From Macrostomum lignano (Eukaryota), in contig NIVC01002733.1 of NCBI GenBank assembly GCA_002269645.1, forward strand, positions 62,001-126,000: DNA of 64,000 bases, given 5' to 3'. A program made the position numbers and the translations under genes. The stretch's first letter is position 1. Every line of letters starts with the position of its first letter. The notes beneath the pieces are model-generated. The model saw only the letters and a list, made by a program, of their open reading frames with translations, did no database searches and was not told where the DNA came from. This document shows positions 12,760 through 27,169 of the stretch, one piece after another.

Positions 12760-15581
12760 ATGTTAATAAGCAAAAAAGGCAGTGTTCTGAGTCTGTGGCT
12801 AATAACTGCATCAGCTCTGATTCAACCCGGCAATGCTATCAATCAAGTAGTGATAGAGCCTAATCCAAAGGATCAGTTTAATCCTACAGTTCTGGTGAAC
12901 TCCAGCAGATCGGAGACCTACTACTATGGTCCCCTGCACATGTTTGAAACTGTCTACGGCATGCGGCACATGTCGCTGAAGATGGAAATGCTGTCTGGAG
13001 AGCATCAGTGCTATTACATTGTCCTGACCGAGGGCTACCAACTGACTCTATTCGCTGCGGTGAGACCTTCATTTTGATTAGCTGTTTTCCAAACCTTGAA
13101 TCAAGAGACCGTGAGGTTATTTGGCAGTTCTTAAGCTTGATCCTCGGGGGCTTTGAAAGCTTTCTACCCGCACAGAAATTCGACGTTTTGTTTTGCGACT
13201 CTGTCAAATTGGTACTTAGATGTAAACGTATGGGCGTCGTTATCCTTCGGCGTATGGTAAAACTCCAGCGACATCTATCGACGTCGTTGACCGTTGACAA
13301 CTTTGAATTTAAAAAAATTCATTTTTATTAAGTAATGCCACAGTGTTTTCGATCCAGGATGCTAAATGTGACGTAATGAAGTCTTGACTCAGCTGCAGGG
13401 GACTCCGGGGCATCCGGATACAGCAGGGAGACGTTGACGCCCATTTCGCTAACCCCTGGCAACCATGGACAGCCAGTGCTGAATTGTCTAACAGGGTGAT
13501 CCGGTGGTGCCCGTGTCCGCAATGCAATGCCCCTTTCGGAAAGTCCAGGAGGTGCGTGGATGGTCGCTCGCCCAGTTGCCCTCAGGTAGCGGACGAGCTA
13601 GTAGAAATTCTTGGGCCCGAAAACGTTCGAAAGGTCATGGGTTTGGGCCGCGGTAGGTGAGCCTGTCCTGAGTAGTAGAGGCGGGGTATTCGCAGATGAA
13701 ATACTAATTTTGATTTCAGCAGATTTGTTTAAAACTTCAGTAAGTTATGAGAGCTTTGAAAGAGTTAGCCAGGAGCTCGTGGGTTCCATAGACTCATAAC
13801 ACCCATAGCAAGAGCTCATAAGCATGCTCCTATTGGTTACCAACCAAACATTACCCATTCATACAGTCCATCGCAACAGACGATAACAAGTTTCACATGT
13901 TCCTGGCTAACAGCGACCCGCAGTCGCATCGCATGCATTCCGACACATCCAGTGTCACCATGGTGCAGAATATCACTAGAACGGGTAAGAGCCATTTCAA
14001 TAAGCAAAACATTTTTTTGAGCTTTGCTTTAAGAAAGTCATTGTTGCGCTTTGTTGTCAATTTAAACAGACACGTACGAGGTTTGCTTAGTCAATCCGAA
14101 GGGTACCAGAAGCATTTTATTCTCGGCAATCTACTATCAGCCGGCTCGTTACGAAGCTGAGGTTCGAGAGGCCATCGCCAAGAGTGCCATCGTTACTAAC
14201 ATATCGGATACGACTGCTGTGAGTGCAACCAACCATCTTAGGAGTGTTGATGTCTGATCTACAGAGACCATAGACTATAGCTACAGATGTCTGATCTACA
14301 GAGACCATAGACTATAGCTATAGATGTCTGATCTACAGAGACCATAGACTATAGCTACAGATGTCTGATCCACAGAGACCATAGACTATAGCTACGGATG
14401 TCTGATCTACAGAGACCATAGACTATAGCTACAGATGTCTGATCCACAGAGACCATAGACTATAGCTACGGATGTCTGGTCTACAGAGACCATAGACTAT
14501 AGCTACGGATGTCTGATCCACAGAGACCATAGACTATAGCTACAGATGTCTGATCCACAGAGACCATAGACTATAGCTACGGATGTCTGGTCTACAGAGA
14601 CCATAGACTATAGCTACAGATGTCTGATCCACAGAGACCATAGACTATAGCTACAGATGTCTGATCCACAGAGACCATAGACTATAGCTACGGATGTCTG
14701 ATCCACAGAGACCATAGACTATAGCTACAGATGTCTGATCCACAGAGACCATAGACTATAGCTACGGATGTCTGATCTACAGAGACCATAGACTATAGCT
14801 ACGGATGTCTGATCCACAGAGACCATAGACTATAGCTACGGATGTCTGATCCACAGAGACCATAGACTATAGCTACGGATGTCTGATCTACAGAGACCAT
14901 AGACTATAGCTACGGATGTCTGATCCACAGAGACCATAGACTATAGCTACGGATGTCTGGTCTACAGAGACCATAGGCTATAGCTACGGATGTCTGATCC
15001 ACAGAGACCATAGACTATAGCTACGGATGTCTGATCCACAGAGACCATAGACTATAGCTACGGATGTCTGGTCTACAGAGACCATAGGCAATAGCTACGG
15101 ATGTCTGATCCACAGAGACCATAGACTATAGCTACGGATGTCTGATCCACAGAGACCATAGACTATAGCTACGGATGTCTGGTCTACAGAGACCATAGGC
15201 TATAGCTACGGATGTCTGATCCACAGAGACCATAGACTATAGCTACAGATTTCCTAACTTACAATGTTTAGACGCCGGAAGTTAACTTGAGAGTTTTTCA
15301 AACAGAATCTCGCCCTTTTAGTTAAGATTCGAATCTGCATAAAATGTCAATAATAATTTTAGCATTTCATCAGCGGCATCGAGCTAAACATAGGCAAAGC
15401 GCTAAACAGCATTCGTTACAAGCCGAATCTTCGTCGCGATTACGTAATCCTTCGAGATAGCAACTCCTATGTGCAATGGAAATCGATCACGTTCATCTGT
15501 TTAATGCTGATGTCCTCTGGAGGCACAACTCTCTTCATACACTATCTATTCCATGTGCCTAAGGGCAAAGTAGTTATCTGA
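12760..15581 (+). CDS. Divergent p24/emp24/gp25L (TMED) family GOLD-domain cargo receptor (~344 aa)
   Basis: Exons 12760-13059, ~13424-13652 (acceptor uncertain), 13720-13739, 13867-13984, 14070-14218, 15363-15581; phases consistent. Signal peptide; GOLD motifs HQCYY, QGDVDAHFANP, DTYEVCLVN; p24-like stalk/TM/tail RDSNSYVQWKSITFICLML...YLFHVPKGKVVI. Confidence 0.78.
14249..15250. repeat. 37-bp minisatellite in last intron of the p24-like gene
   Basis: Unit gatgtctgatctacagagaccatagactatagctaca, ~27 copies. Confidence 0.97.
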
Positions 15582-16459
15582 TAGTTTCAATCGCGATTGT
15601 TAGTTAAAATGTTTTACATTCTGCTGCCAGTATATAGACAGTTAAATCATATCGCAAGGGTCTGTCTATAATTTTATTGCTAAACGCGTCGTCCAAAGAT
15701 CATGTAATTGTAAGTTCGACCTTTTGACCACTTTTTAGCAGTAACCAGTTTTATCTGAGTTGAGGCTGCAAAAGCTTACATGTACGTGAATTAACTAAGA
15801 TTTCTGTTGATATATACATTAACTCGTTAAGAATTTTACTTTATATATTAAAAAAGATCAATTAAAGATTTAAACAAGAGGAAGGATAGAACACTTGGTG
15901 CATGGACAAAGAAATGAAATTGAATTTGATCGTTCGATCGGCTTGATCTGCGTCCGTACGCATATTATTAGCTCGTACGATCCTATCGCATGATTATATT
16001 GGAAATCTTGCAGTACACATGTACGTTTCTTACCGTTGTCTCTTGCTCATTTCCAAGAAAAAATCGAGTCCATTGATAAGTCTCTTTTGAAGGATCACAT
16101 ACATGTACCCTTAGCAAAAGATGGCTGCATGTTATACTTGCTCGGTCGCGGGTTCGTGATTCGTGATGTAATCTTATACATGTACATGTAATCAAGGACT
16201 AGTATTAGGGCGGGAAAGTACGTTTCTTGGAAAATTTGAGGTCATTATTTTGTGTACTTCGGCACAAAAATGGCTATTGCTTTTGATAGGAGGCCGACCC
16301 ACTGCTTTTCTTTTGCTATGTTGTGCCTTTCGTATAGCGATCTATTTGTATTCATCATTGGGCTTTTCGTTAAAAAAATTAGGATTTGTATGATTAATTT
16401 TATATCCTACGTACATGTCCTATGCATAAAGTCATACAAATTCATGGCACAGCTCCATT

Positions 16460-16740
16460 GATCTCTCTCCTCTCTCCATTGCTTTCTCACTTTTCCTCTT
16501 TTCTCTCCTTTTTACTCTCTACTCTTTCCCCTCTGCTCTCACATCTCTCCTCTCTCCAAGCTTCTCTCTCGTCTATTCTCTCCCCTGAAGGAAGAGAGGA
16601 GAGAGGATATAAATGTAGAAGAGAGCAGAGGTGTGAGAGTACATGTAGATAGAAGAGAAAAGAAATGAGAGAGGAGAGAGTAGAGAGGAGAGAGGAGAGG
16701 TAAGACGAGAGAACAATGGAGAGGAAGGAGTTCTAAAGAA
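16460..16740. repeat. CT-rich tract followed by GA-rich tract (imperfect foldback)
   Basis: Pyrimidine block to ~16587, then purine block with partial reverse complementarity. Confidence 0.65.
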
Positions 16741-19700
16741 CCCGAGAGGCAGATAGAGAGGTAGAGACCTGCCAACACATGCTTTAGACAGACATTTAGA
16801 CAGACTCAGCCTCATTCTGTGCGGCACCCTAACTAACGAGATCGATCAATGCTTGCCTTAAACCCTATAACACGAATTTACTCCATTTTTCAACCTACCA
16901 GTATATCCTATCTAAGAACAAGCTATTGTATGAGTATGACTTCAAATTGAAGAATTTTTGCAAAAAAATAGTTTGAGGGATTGGAATTTAGCGGGTTAAA
17001 ATTTGCGGGTTTCAGCTTGTACAATGTATGTAAAGTACGTTTGATATGGACGCTACATGTACTTGTATCTGGACGTGAACTCCACTAAAAATTTAGATTC
17101 CAGCCATTGGAAAGTGTTGAAGTCTTTACGAATATGAGAAGTATGAGAAGTTATGAAAATTTGAATCTGGCTAACCTGCACGTACATATATATGTACATG
17201 TACGTACATGCAAAATGCGTCTAGCCCACTACAGCTATATACCGTATGTACATCCAGTACTTCAGGTGTCATAAGTATATGTCACTGCACGCCTTCTGCC
17301 TAAATTATGCATTCATGTACATGTATACTCAGCAACATCGAAAAGTCGCCATCACAGAAGATTCCGTCTGTGGTCGCCACTTTTGAGAGTGCAGGCCGGT
17401 AAATCTTTGTGAGTGATGCAACTCAGCTGTACGCCGCGGCAGACTTGAGTTGAGGAATGAAGTGGGGAAGCGGTGTGCGAGGGTTGGACGGATTAAATCT
17501 ACCCTGATCAGTTTTCTCATATCTTTTAATTTAGAAATAATCCAAGAGAAATATTGCTCACTGGCGCATAGAGTGGCGAATTTTCAATGTTGCTGAGTAT
17601 AGCAGGAGCAGATAAACTTCTGGTAGTGCAGCTGCAAATAATAACAATTTCTCGATCTTGCTACTATTAACAATAACAATAATAGCAAAAAATAACCGCA
17701 ATCAATTTGGTGTCCGAGGACTCGAGACTCGAGAATTCTAGGGTAGAAATCAAAATCATGCGTTTTGAAATCGTCGTCCATCCAAGTTCGAACGCGTCGA
17801 ACTGAACGTTCGAACTGAAGCTCCACACGAGCAGCAGCGGGCAAACTCGATTAGATAGATGTCAGGTGGTAAATTGCAAAAATAACATCGAAAGCCGCAA
17901 TCGATTTGGTGTCCAAGCACCTGTGACTTGAAATTTTTACATGCTTTTTCGAACTACAGATATTTATAATCGTCCATACATACTCGTTGTCGTTTAGGCC
18001 TTTGCAAGTCCATGAAGCTCCTCTCGATAACAGGGTAAGTGAAACTTGATAATTGAAGACACACTGAGTGGTAAATTGCTAAAATTATATTGACCTGTCC
18101 GCTTGTCTTCTGTTTGTTTCGTAGAATTTGATTCTACGTGTGATTCGTAGAAGCGTGTATCGTATTTCTTTATTTTCATATGCATATACCGTACTACTAC
18201 TGTATTCTTTCATTTATTTTAACAATATTCAAGTTATTTATTATTTTTTACTGTTAATTGCTTTGTTTTTGTAGCCTCGTATGTATTTATTCTATTATTT
18301 GTATTTCATTCAATCGTTATTATTTCTCGTAAAGTAGTTCTACCTATGGACATGTACTCGTACTGACGTATGTTATTCTTGCATGATATATTTTATCGAT
18401 TAATTTGTACATGTACATTGCGCGCCGCGTGGGGGGTTGTTTGTCTGGGGTTTGGATTAAGGGTGTTGTTGTTATCTGTTTACCTTTAAATATATGCTTA
18501 CACTACAGTCAGCAGCCGCTCTCGCCCTTCCCCTTGCTTCGCTTCTCGACCTAGGCTCGCTAACCCTTAGCTGTGACGCTGTCTGGCCTCCTTACACCAA
18601 CTCTTCCGCCGCCTACCTGGGCCACCAATAATTAGTTAATCAACTGATCCAGCAATTTTAAGTAGCACTAGTAAAAGTCTAAGGGTAGAAGCGGCTTGCC
18701 GATCTGGTAACTAATCGTGAACTATCTAAATTAACCGCTACACAAAACCGTCTTATTCGCTTCGTCACAATTGGCCAGGGTTCAAACTTTTTTGGATTCT
18801 TCACCACACGAGAGGCTACGCATAATTTTTCCAGATTTTTTTGTTCATCCAACTTTGCATGTAAAATTCTTCTCTCCTACTTCATTCTGATCACAGATCG
18901 TTGCTAAAAATGGCAAAAGGTAAATTTAGAAACGACTAGCTTTTCTTCCTAAAAAAGCTTTGTTAAGTTTCTTTCACGTTTTGTTTTTTCGGTATTTAGA
19001 ACTAGAGCGGCAGCGGCGGCGACGCGATCATTTTTTGTAGCGCATCGTCCACCACCGCCCGCCTGTCCTAGCGCACTAAAAAACAGCATTTTGGCAATGC
19101 AGGCAGGCTCTGTATGATGTTAAAAGCAAAGTGAAAAGTTCTCAATAGTAGGCCTAACTTTGCAACAAAATAAAAATGCTTTTTAACAATGCGGTAAACG
19201 CTTAATTAATAATTTGCTGATATAATATTTTAACATTTACAATCGAGCATGATGGAGTCAATGTATGCTAGGCTTAAAGCAAATTAATGACTATCCTACC
19301 TCAATCACCGTACGGTAGCTTTTAGGTTTTTAATACTCCATGATGATGCTAACCAACATTAACAATTAATATTTCAAATTTCATGTCATTATATATTGCT
19401 CTGGCTCGGGGGCCTATGACTGTCTGATTGTGATTGTATCTCCAGTGACTATGCCAACAGCCAACACTCGATGCTAATGTGCACACTTAAAGAAAATTTT
19501 TATTGCAACTTAGAAACAATGAATAGTTAATTGAAAACTTGCTATTGAAAATTGAATATTTTTATAGCTTCCATTTTTTTAAGTTTGCATATTTAGTAGG
19601 CCTTATGCTCAACTACTATATCTAGTTTAGCGGAATGGGCGACGCTTGCCTCCCCACTGCATCTTTGGACTGCCCTGCAGCTAACTATATCTAGTCAATG

Positions 19701-19832
19701 TAATAACTAATGCTATAAAATAATCAGAGTACTTATAGGCATGGCAGCCGTGTCTATAATATTTGAGCTTATAAGCATGGCAATAATCATTGATATAAAA
19801 TGTGTGTTCTATAGGGCTATCTCACAAGCAAT

Positions 19833-19900
19833 TGGTGGCTTAGTATATATATTGATTTCCTTGTGATTGCGTGCAACAAGGGTTCGTATCCCAAGTGGTC
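19833..19900 (+). pseudogene. tRNA-like remnant or SINE head
   Basis: A-box-like TGGCTTAGT, B-box GGTTCGTATCC, followed by a T-run; no clean cloverleaf. Confidence 0.4.
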
Positions 19901-20330
19901 GGAGATTTTTTTTGAAATTTTTTAGCAAACAGAAATTTCAGTAATTTTTCCGCCTTGAATTTTTTCAGGTTTTTAATTAAAAAAATTTAAAATATTTTTT
20001 AATAAACTTAATTTTAAAGTGTGGACAATATGTATCGAAAAAAATTTCTTTTTCATATATAATTGCGGCTAAACTTCAAGATTTCATGTTACTCTTAAAA
20101 ATTTAATTTAATTTATTTAAAAAAGTTTAAATTAAAAAAAAACCTGAATGACTTTAATCGATCTATATTTTTCATCCAATTGATGATTATATACATAGCA
20201 GCCATGCCTAGGGGGGGCCTATATTAGGCCCAAGCTCCAATATTAGAGACAGCCACCCACCATGCCTCTAAGTGTGAACCCATTCAATATTAATGACACG
20301 GCTGCCATGCAAGTTTTATTGACATGGCAA

Positions 20331-20453
20331 CCGTGTCTCTAATAGTGACTAGGTCTATACTTATAGACATAGCGGCCATGTCTATAATGCAGAAACTTAG
20401 AGACATGGCGGCTGTGTCTATAAGTATGGACCTAGTCACTATTAGAGACACGG
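20331..20453. repeat. Inverted repeat, 56-bp arms, 11-nt loop, within a cluster of palindromic GACACGGCnnCCGTGTC motifs
   Basis: Arms 20331-20386 and 20398-20453 are reverse complements with 4 mismatches. Confidence 0.9.
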
Positions 20454-23400
20454 CCACCGTGTCTATAAGTTTTTGCATTATAGACATGGTCGCCGTGTCT
20501 CTAAGTGTGGCATAAAATAATAAGCAAGTTTGCCAAATTAGTTATTAGGCCTATTTATATTGTTATTTAACTTTTTTATATTGAAGCTATAAAGACCTAG
20601 GCCTAATTACATAAAAATTGCTAAATTAGGAAAGACCAAGCCTAGTGAATTTAAACCCCCATCCCATGGGGGCATTCAAATTCCAATATTGTTTTTCAAA
20701 TATATGACCATTTATGCTTTACCAATTTAATTTTTTATTGTTTTAAATTTTATAAAAACACTCTTAAGCCCTAATACCATCATAGTATAGAAGGATGTCC
20801 ATATAAACCACACTCCAGATTATGTAGTATATGCCCAAAAATTCGAGTATTCATTGGCCTTGCATGCCAAAATTAGGCATGCACAGTTGGCATGCATCAC
20901 TCCTAAGAAAATAGTATATATGCACACCTGGCATGTACTTTATAGAATCATGCTTAAGAGTTACTGTAAGCTTGTAAAATAGCATTTAAACAAATCTTTT
21001 TGTGTATAAATAAATTTTCTGCTGTAAATAATATTGCCAAAAAGCATAAAAAGCAACCAAGCAACCAAATAATCTGGTAGGCCTAATAAGGGTCTATTAC
21101 GCAATTTAAAAAAGGTATTATTGTCAGAACGTAAAAAAGGTCATTTATTGTCACAACACTGGCATATTTTTGAGAATGGGTATGCACTATACATTTTTTT
21201 GGCGTGCATTTGTAATTAAATTCAATTTTTGTTCAGGCGTGCACCCAACATGATCCAAACTATGGTGTGTAAATAATGTAAATTAAAATTTTGGCTTGTT
21301 GTATAATAGTATGACAAGGATTAAAAAATAGTATTATTGGTGTATGATAGGATATGATAAGAATAAATGCAAAAATAAATATAAATACAATAAAAGTGAA
21401 CAAAAATTGCTCATTCTAATTTTCTAGAAAGTGCAAAGTAAAACAACAATTATGTTGTTACTTATTGACTGCACACAATGCACATTAGTTAGAAAAACAA
21501 AACAAAAATAAAAGTTTTCTTAGGCATAAATTTTGCTTTTTATTTTCGTTCATTGGTAATAGTGCCATGGTGAATGTGTTTTAAATGTGGAAATGACTTA
21601 CAAACTGTAGACAGTTAATAAAAAAATACTTTGCAACATTGACTCATGTATGACTGTATGTCTGTATGATAGCTATCATATAAGTGTGGACCAACTATAC
21701 AATAGTGTACAATATAGCACCCCCACAAAAAAGAGTGATGTACAATATGTATGACAGGTGATTCTTGTGTACAATAGAAATTTTTATTGTATACCCATCT
21801 TTCTGCACTATGATATGGCCATGTGATTCAAATTTAAAATTTAAATATAAAAAAACAAAATCAAAAATGTTTTTAATATATTTATATACCTATTTTCCAA
21901 ATAAATCAAAGATAATTGGTCCTATTAGCTATACCATTTGCAACTATACTATACTCTCTTTAGTATATTATATAAAAAAAGCACAAGATTGGTGTGCTTT
22001 AGTGCAAGATTAGTGTGCCAAGATATCTTATGGCAAATATGGTGGAGTCATGGCTTGTTACCTCGTGGTTAGGCTACTGGTTTAGGTTTTACTTCTGTTT
22101 TTGTTATTATATACTGTTAATTTGGTAGGTTGCTGCCACCAGACTAATGTCCCTTATAATTAATGTTAACTTAAAATAAGTGAGACAAGAGTCAAATTCA
22201 AGTAAGGTAATTAGAACAAAGAAAAACAATATTGTTATAAGCTAAATATGCAAAGAAAGAAAATTACACATTAGTTCCTTATGTTAATAGATTTGGTATA
22301 CTCTGATTCTTAATTAGACTAGTGGTAGACTCCCTTAGTTTTCCCCATATTACCTAATTGACTTATACTATGTTCCTAGTCTTGGTAGACTCCATTTAGA
22401 CTAAATGGTAGACTCCTTTTAGCCTCCCTATGCTACCTTGGACTTACCCTTAATTTCCTATGGCTAGAGAGATATTATTTCTTATGCAAGGGGAGACTCT
22501 TTTTATGTTAGCTTTTTACTTGAGACTTGGTCTCTTAAATGTTGTCCTGATGGACTGTCCTAAATGGATTGTCTTAAACTGATTATCCCAAACGGATGCT
22601 TTTCCCAAGGCTAAACAGCTTTTTACAAATGGAGGAACCCGCTAAGACTCAAATTCCCACAACTTCTATTATTTCCCCAAGGTTGAACTATTGATAGTAG
22701 TGCAGAAGTAAAACTGCTTTATACTTGACTCGGGTTATTAAAATAAATCATCTTGACAAATGGGAAACTACTTGGCAAATGCCTAGCACAACTGCTTGAA
22801 CTAACCCTACAACAATGGTAAAACAAGTGCCCAAGGCAGCTATGGATATGAGTACAATAGATAGCTGCTCTTATGGCTACAATTATAGAAATATAATAAT
22901 TATATTCCATAGATTCTCATAGCTGTAGTTATAAATATAAAAAATTAATGAATATAAAAAATAAGTAAAACAAAACAAAAACTTAGTGTGACAAACCTTT
23001 TGTAAATTAATAATAGACCTATTAATAGACTTATAATAGAATGTAATTAAACAGTAACAGATCTAGAGTTTCATTTTGGGGGTGAAGCAGTCTAAATTTG
23101 GGGTGCCAATATGAATATAAGGCACCAGTTTTAGGATAGGAGATATAAAAAATGTATAGAAAAGGCAAAAACCAAGCTTAAGGGTGCAAAAAGAGGCATT
23201 TGAAAGCAAAAATCAAGTTTAGGGGGGGGGTACAAACTTAGGTTTTCAGGGGGCACAATATGTTTTGTCAAGCTATTTTAAGGTAGGGGGTTAGCCACCT
23301 TCCCTACCCCCTCTAAATTTATCCCTGCAAATTAAAAATTTAGCAACTCAGCCAAATGACACAAAATGCTACCATTTTGAATGACTCATTCATTTCCTTC

Positions 23401-26400
23401 ACCTAAGGTCCATATCTATAAAGGATAGATCATAGGCACTTTCATGATTTTCAAATGAGGCTAGAATCTATTATCTAGATTAGCATCTTTTGTAAATCAA
23501 TTCTGTTAAAAATTTGATAGACATGTATATAAAAATAGAACACAGGTACAAAAATTGAAGATCATTGCAATTGTTGAAGTGTCCCTTAAGTTTGCATGCA
23601 ATATTGTACAATACTATGAGTAAAACATTGTTTAGGATATTACAAAGCATTTTCTCAATCTCTATTATAGTATAGGCATGATGAAGTCTAAAAGCATAAT
23701 GATCAATAAGCAAAGTTTATGTAGAAAGTGAAAACAATTGACAAAAAGTAATCCTAATGATCCTTATTTGTATCATCATTGGGATTAAGATCCCAATAAC
23801 CCCTTGATATCCTATGTTTTTGGGATCAGGATTAGGATCTTGTCTGACCCTTTATAGAAATATCATAGATGATTTAAGCCACTTGATGGCATAAGGCTAG
23901 TCTAGATTGAACAAAGATCAAAATTTTTCTAGACTAGCCTGAAATAGATCTTTTATTGAACTTTCTTGCATATATTGCCTAAAAAAGATCATATTTGTCT
24001 AAATAAAATAAATATTTGTGGCTTGAATGTAGAAAATAAGAAAAACATATATTTGTTTATATTTGGTATTTACTATTTACTTTAAAATGACAAGTTTAAA
24101 TTGAATTTTTATTCCAATTTGAAATATTTATTTCTATTAAACTATTTCAAAATGTTTGCCATCTATATTATATAGCAAATTCTACATATTTCAAATATAA
24201 ATTGGATTATACTTTGTGTACAAGTACTAGTAAACTATATACAAGTTTAGAAAAAACTAAAAAAACCAAAGAAAGTACTAACAACTAACAAGACTGACTC
24301 TATAAATTGATATTATCACTATCAGATATCAATGGCTATATACTTTTTTAAAGCAAGTGTAACAGGGCTTTTACCTCCTACTTTATCAATTTTAATCCCA
24401 CTAAATGCCACCAAGTTTTACAGGTGTTGTTCCTGTTTACTAATGTTATCTTAATTGCACTTCTATTTTCACTTCTTAACTGTTTCTTAGAATTTCATTT
24501 GAATATACTGGTAGCGTCTTATGTATTAGTCTGGTAGCGTCTTATGTACTAGTCTGGTAGCATCTTATGTATGGCCTGAGCAGTCTAGTACTGGTACATG
24601 AACTTATTAGATTGTCCTAGTCAGGCGTTCACTGGGATTAGAGGGGCAGAGCGCAACTCTCTGAGTTTCCTTTGTATATCTCCCAATCCCTTCTCTTAGC
24701 AATTTTCTGAGCATGGTAACTCACTCTTTCCTTAAAATGACTAACTTAATAAGGTTTCAAAGTTCATCAGAGAATATAAAATGAACGAGCTAAGAGCAAG
24801 CAAGCAGCAAGTTAGCGAGTTTAGCAAGTTGGGTTTATTTGGGCAAAAATTGGCTTGTATATATACTGTCTAGATGGCTATGTTTATAACAAAAAATATT
24901 TATCGATATTATTTAGCTTAGTAAAACAAAACAGCTAGTTTAATTTCTATATTGCACGCGAATTAAACATAGTTATTAATCAGCTTTTTTACTTATACAA
25001 ATCATAATAATATAACAGCACTATCATTGTAGATGTTTATTAGGCACATAGAAATACTAAAAACTTATAGGAAGTACAGGCTAGCACACAAGTTTAGGCT
25101 ATATATCATTGGCTATATAGTGTTTTCTAATATAATGAATCACAAAAATGCTTAGAATATGCCTCTTTAGCCTTTGATCAGAGGACTTTGTACATATCAT
25201 TAATAGTTTGTCCATGAGCTTCTAAATGAACAAACAAATAGGCTTCTAATAGAAGGCCCATGAGCTTCTAAAACACTTTTGGAACACTTGAGTAAAACAC
25301 TTAATTAAAGTAAAAAGAACACTCAAATATATGTGTCAATGTTGCTAGCAACACTGTGAGGCTCAGTAAATGCATTTTAAACTGGGTTACTCAAACTCAT
25401 TGTGTACCTCTAAAACCTGCCAAGCAAATGGCAGAAGCTCTGAATCTTTGGGATAGCAGGCAAAATACAGTGGCTTGTCATATTGGGTTACCACTAGAAA
25501 ATCTTTGCTGATGAATCTCAGCAAAGCTATCATCCAAATGAATGTGGCATACTGGCATACCTATTGTAGTTAATTCAGTTAGAACAAATATTTATTTGAA
25601 TTTCATAAAAAAACTATTTATAATTAATATAATTTTTTACCATTTTTTCAATTGTAGACAGCTTTCAGGGTGATTTAGCTGCCTTTGAAGCTAAACATTG
25701 CTTTTCTGATTCTCTAAGCTGCTTGAATTTTGTAGCCATGTTTTTTGCTGACTTATAAACAAAAATCAGTTTCTTAATTCAAATTAAGACTCTAACTATA
25801 AAAGCAAGTAACATTAAACTGCCAAATAAATACTTAAAGTAGCTTAGAATATATAAATTATTATAAAAATATTAAAATAGATATGACAATACCAATAATA
25901 AAAACCTAGTTATTTTTTTGAAGTTAGCAAAGATTTTACCTTGGTTAACTTGCGCCCTCGTGGTGGGCGGCGGCCCTGGCCTCGGCCTTGTTGGCACACC
26001 TGGTCAAATGAGCCACCACCCTCCTCATCAACTTGTATACTGTTGTTGTGTTCTCATTGTGCATTAGTGCCCTAAATGCCATAACAAACTTCATTGCTGC
26101 TCACAACTACCAAAAACTCTTCTAAAGCTAGATGATATAATTAGCCTATAAAAACTACAATTGTTTATATGAAATTCAAGAAGTCTACAAGGCATGCTTA
26201 AATATATACATATATATGCCTATAAAAGTATATATATATTATGTATATATATATATAAGTCAAAAAATAAGTCTGTATTACTTTACACAAGTCATGGTTC
26301 TTGCAAAATCGGATAATAGGTCAAGCAATTTTTTTCTGCTCTAGGCAGGGCAAGAAGGTTTATAACCCATTCTCAAAATGACTCCTTAGTCATTTAGCCA

Positions 26401-27169
26401 TTCTTTGTCATAGAGTATTTGTAAATGTCTAGGACATTATGCTTCTTCCTTGTAAATACAAAATGAGGTAGCAGTATTGATATTAAAGCCTAGATAATAA
26501 ATAATGACAATATAATTTTTCTTTTCATTGTCTATAGTCTTGGTGTAGACAAATTTATAAACCTTTCCAACAACCACTTTATGCAACTTTCTAGCAAAGT
26601 GGCCAAAATGGCAATAAAAAGCACAAATAGCTACATTTATTATCTAACTAAATAAAAGATAAATGAACATTTCCAAAGTTGAATATCTTAAGAGTTCTAA
26701 GAGTTCTCGACCTTGCATGTCTTATTACAGTTAAAAATCCTTATTAAGTTCTCTAGCACTTTACAGAAATCTTTATAATCAGGACAAGCCTTGGCTCAGT
26801 CTTGATAGTCTGAAACCACTAAAGTATTTGCTCCTTAGTAACTAGATTTTAGTTATAATTGCCTGGTTAAAGTGTTTAGATTGACAATACACTGGTGGCA
26901 CCTAAGAAGCAATTAAGCTAAGCTTCTATTCATATCAAATTTTATACTTTAAATGTCTATCTTCAAAACTAGTATTCTAGTCATTGAGATAGACTGTCAT
27001 TTAGTAGCTAATAATGTCTCAAGAAAGACAGTTTCTTTGGCTATGAAAACCTGGTTCTACAAATTAAAAGGCTTTAATGTTTGTTTGACAAAACTTTCTT
27101 TGCATAATAAAGCAAAATTTAATGGGAAATACCAAAGTACTATACAATGCTTCTATAAATAAACTTCTC

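Noticed and set aside
9893-15250. Palindromic 34-38-bp repeats as a CRISPR array
   Set aside because: Units are head-to-tail with no unique spacers, there are no cas genes and the context is eukaryotic.
26395-26425. YDKEWLND as a firm Ulp1 protease call
   Set aside because: Short motif; I could not find the catalytic His/Asp/Cys motifs in convincing order, so it is kept only as a hypothesis.
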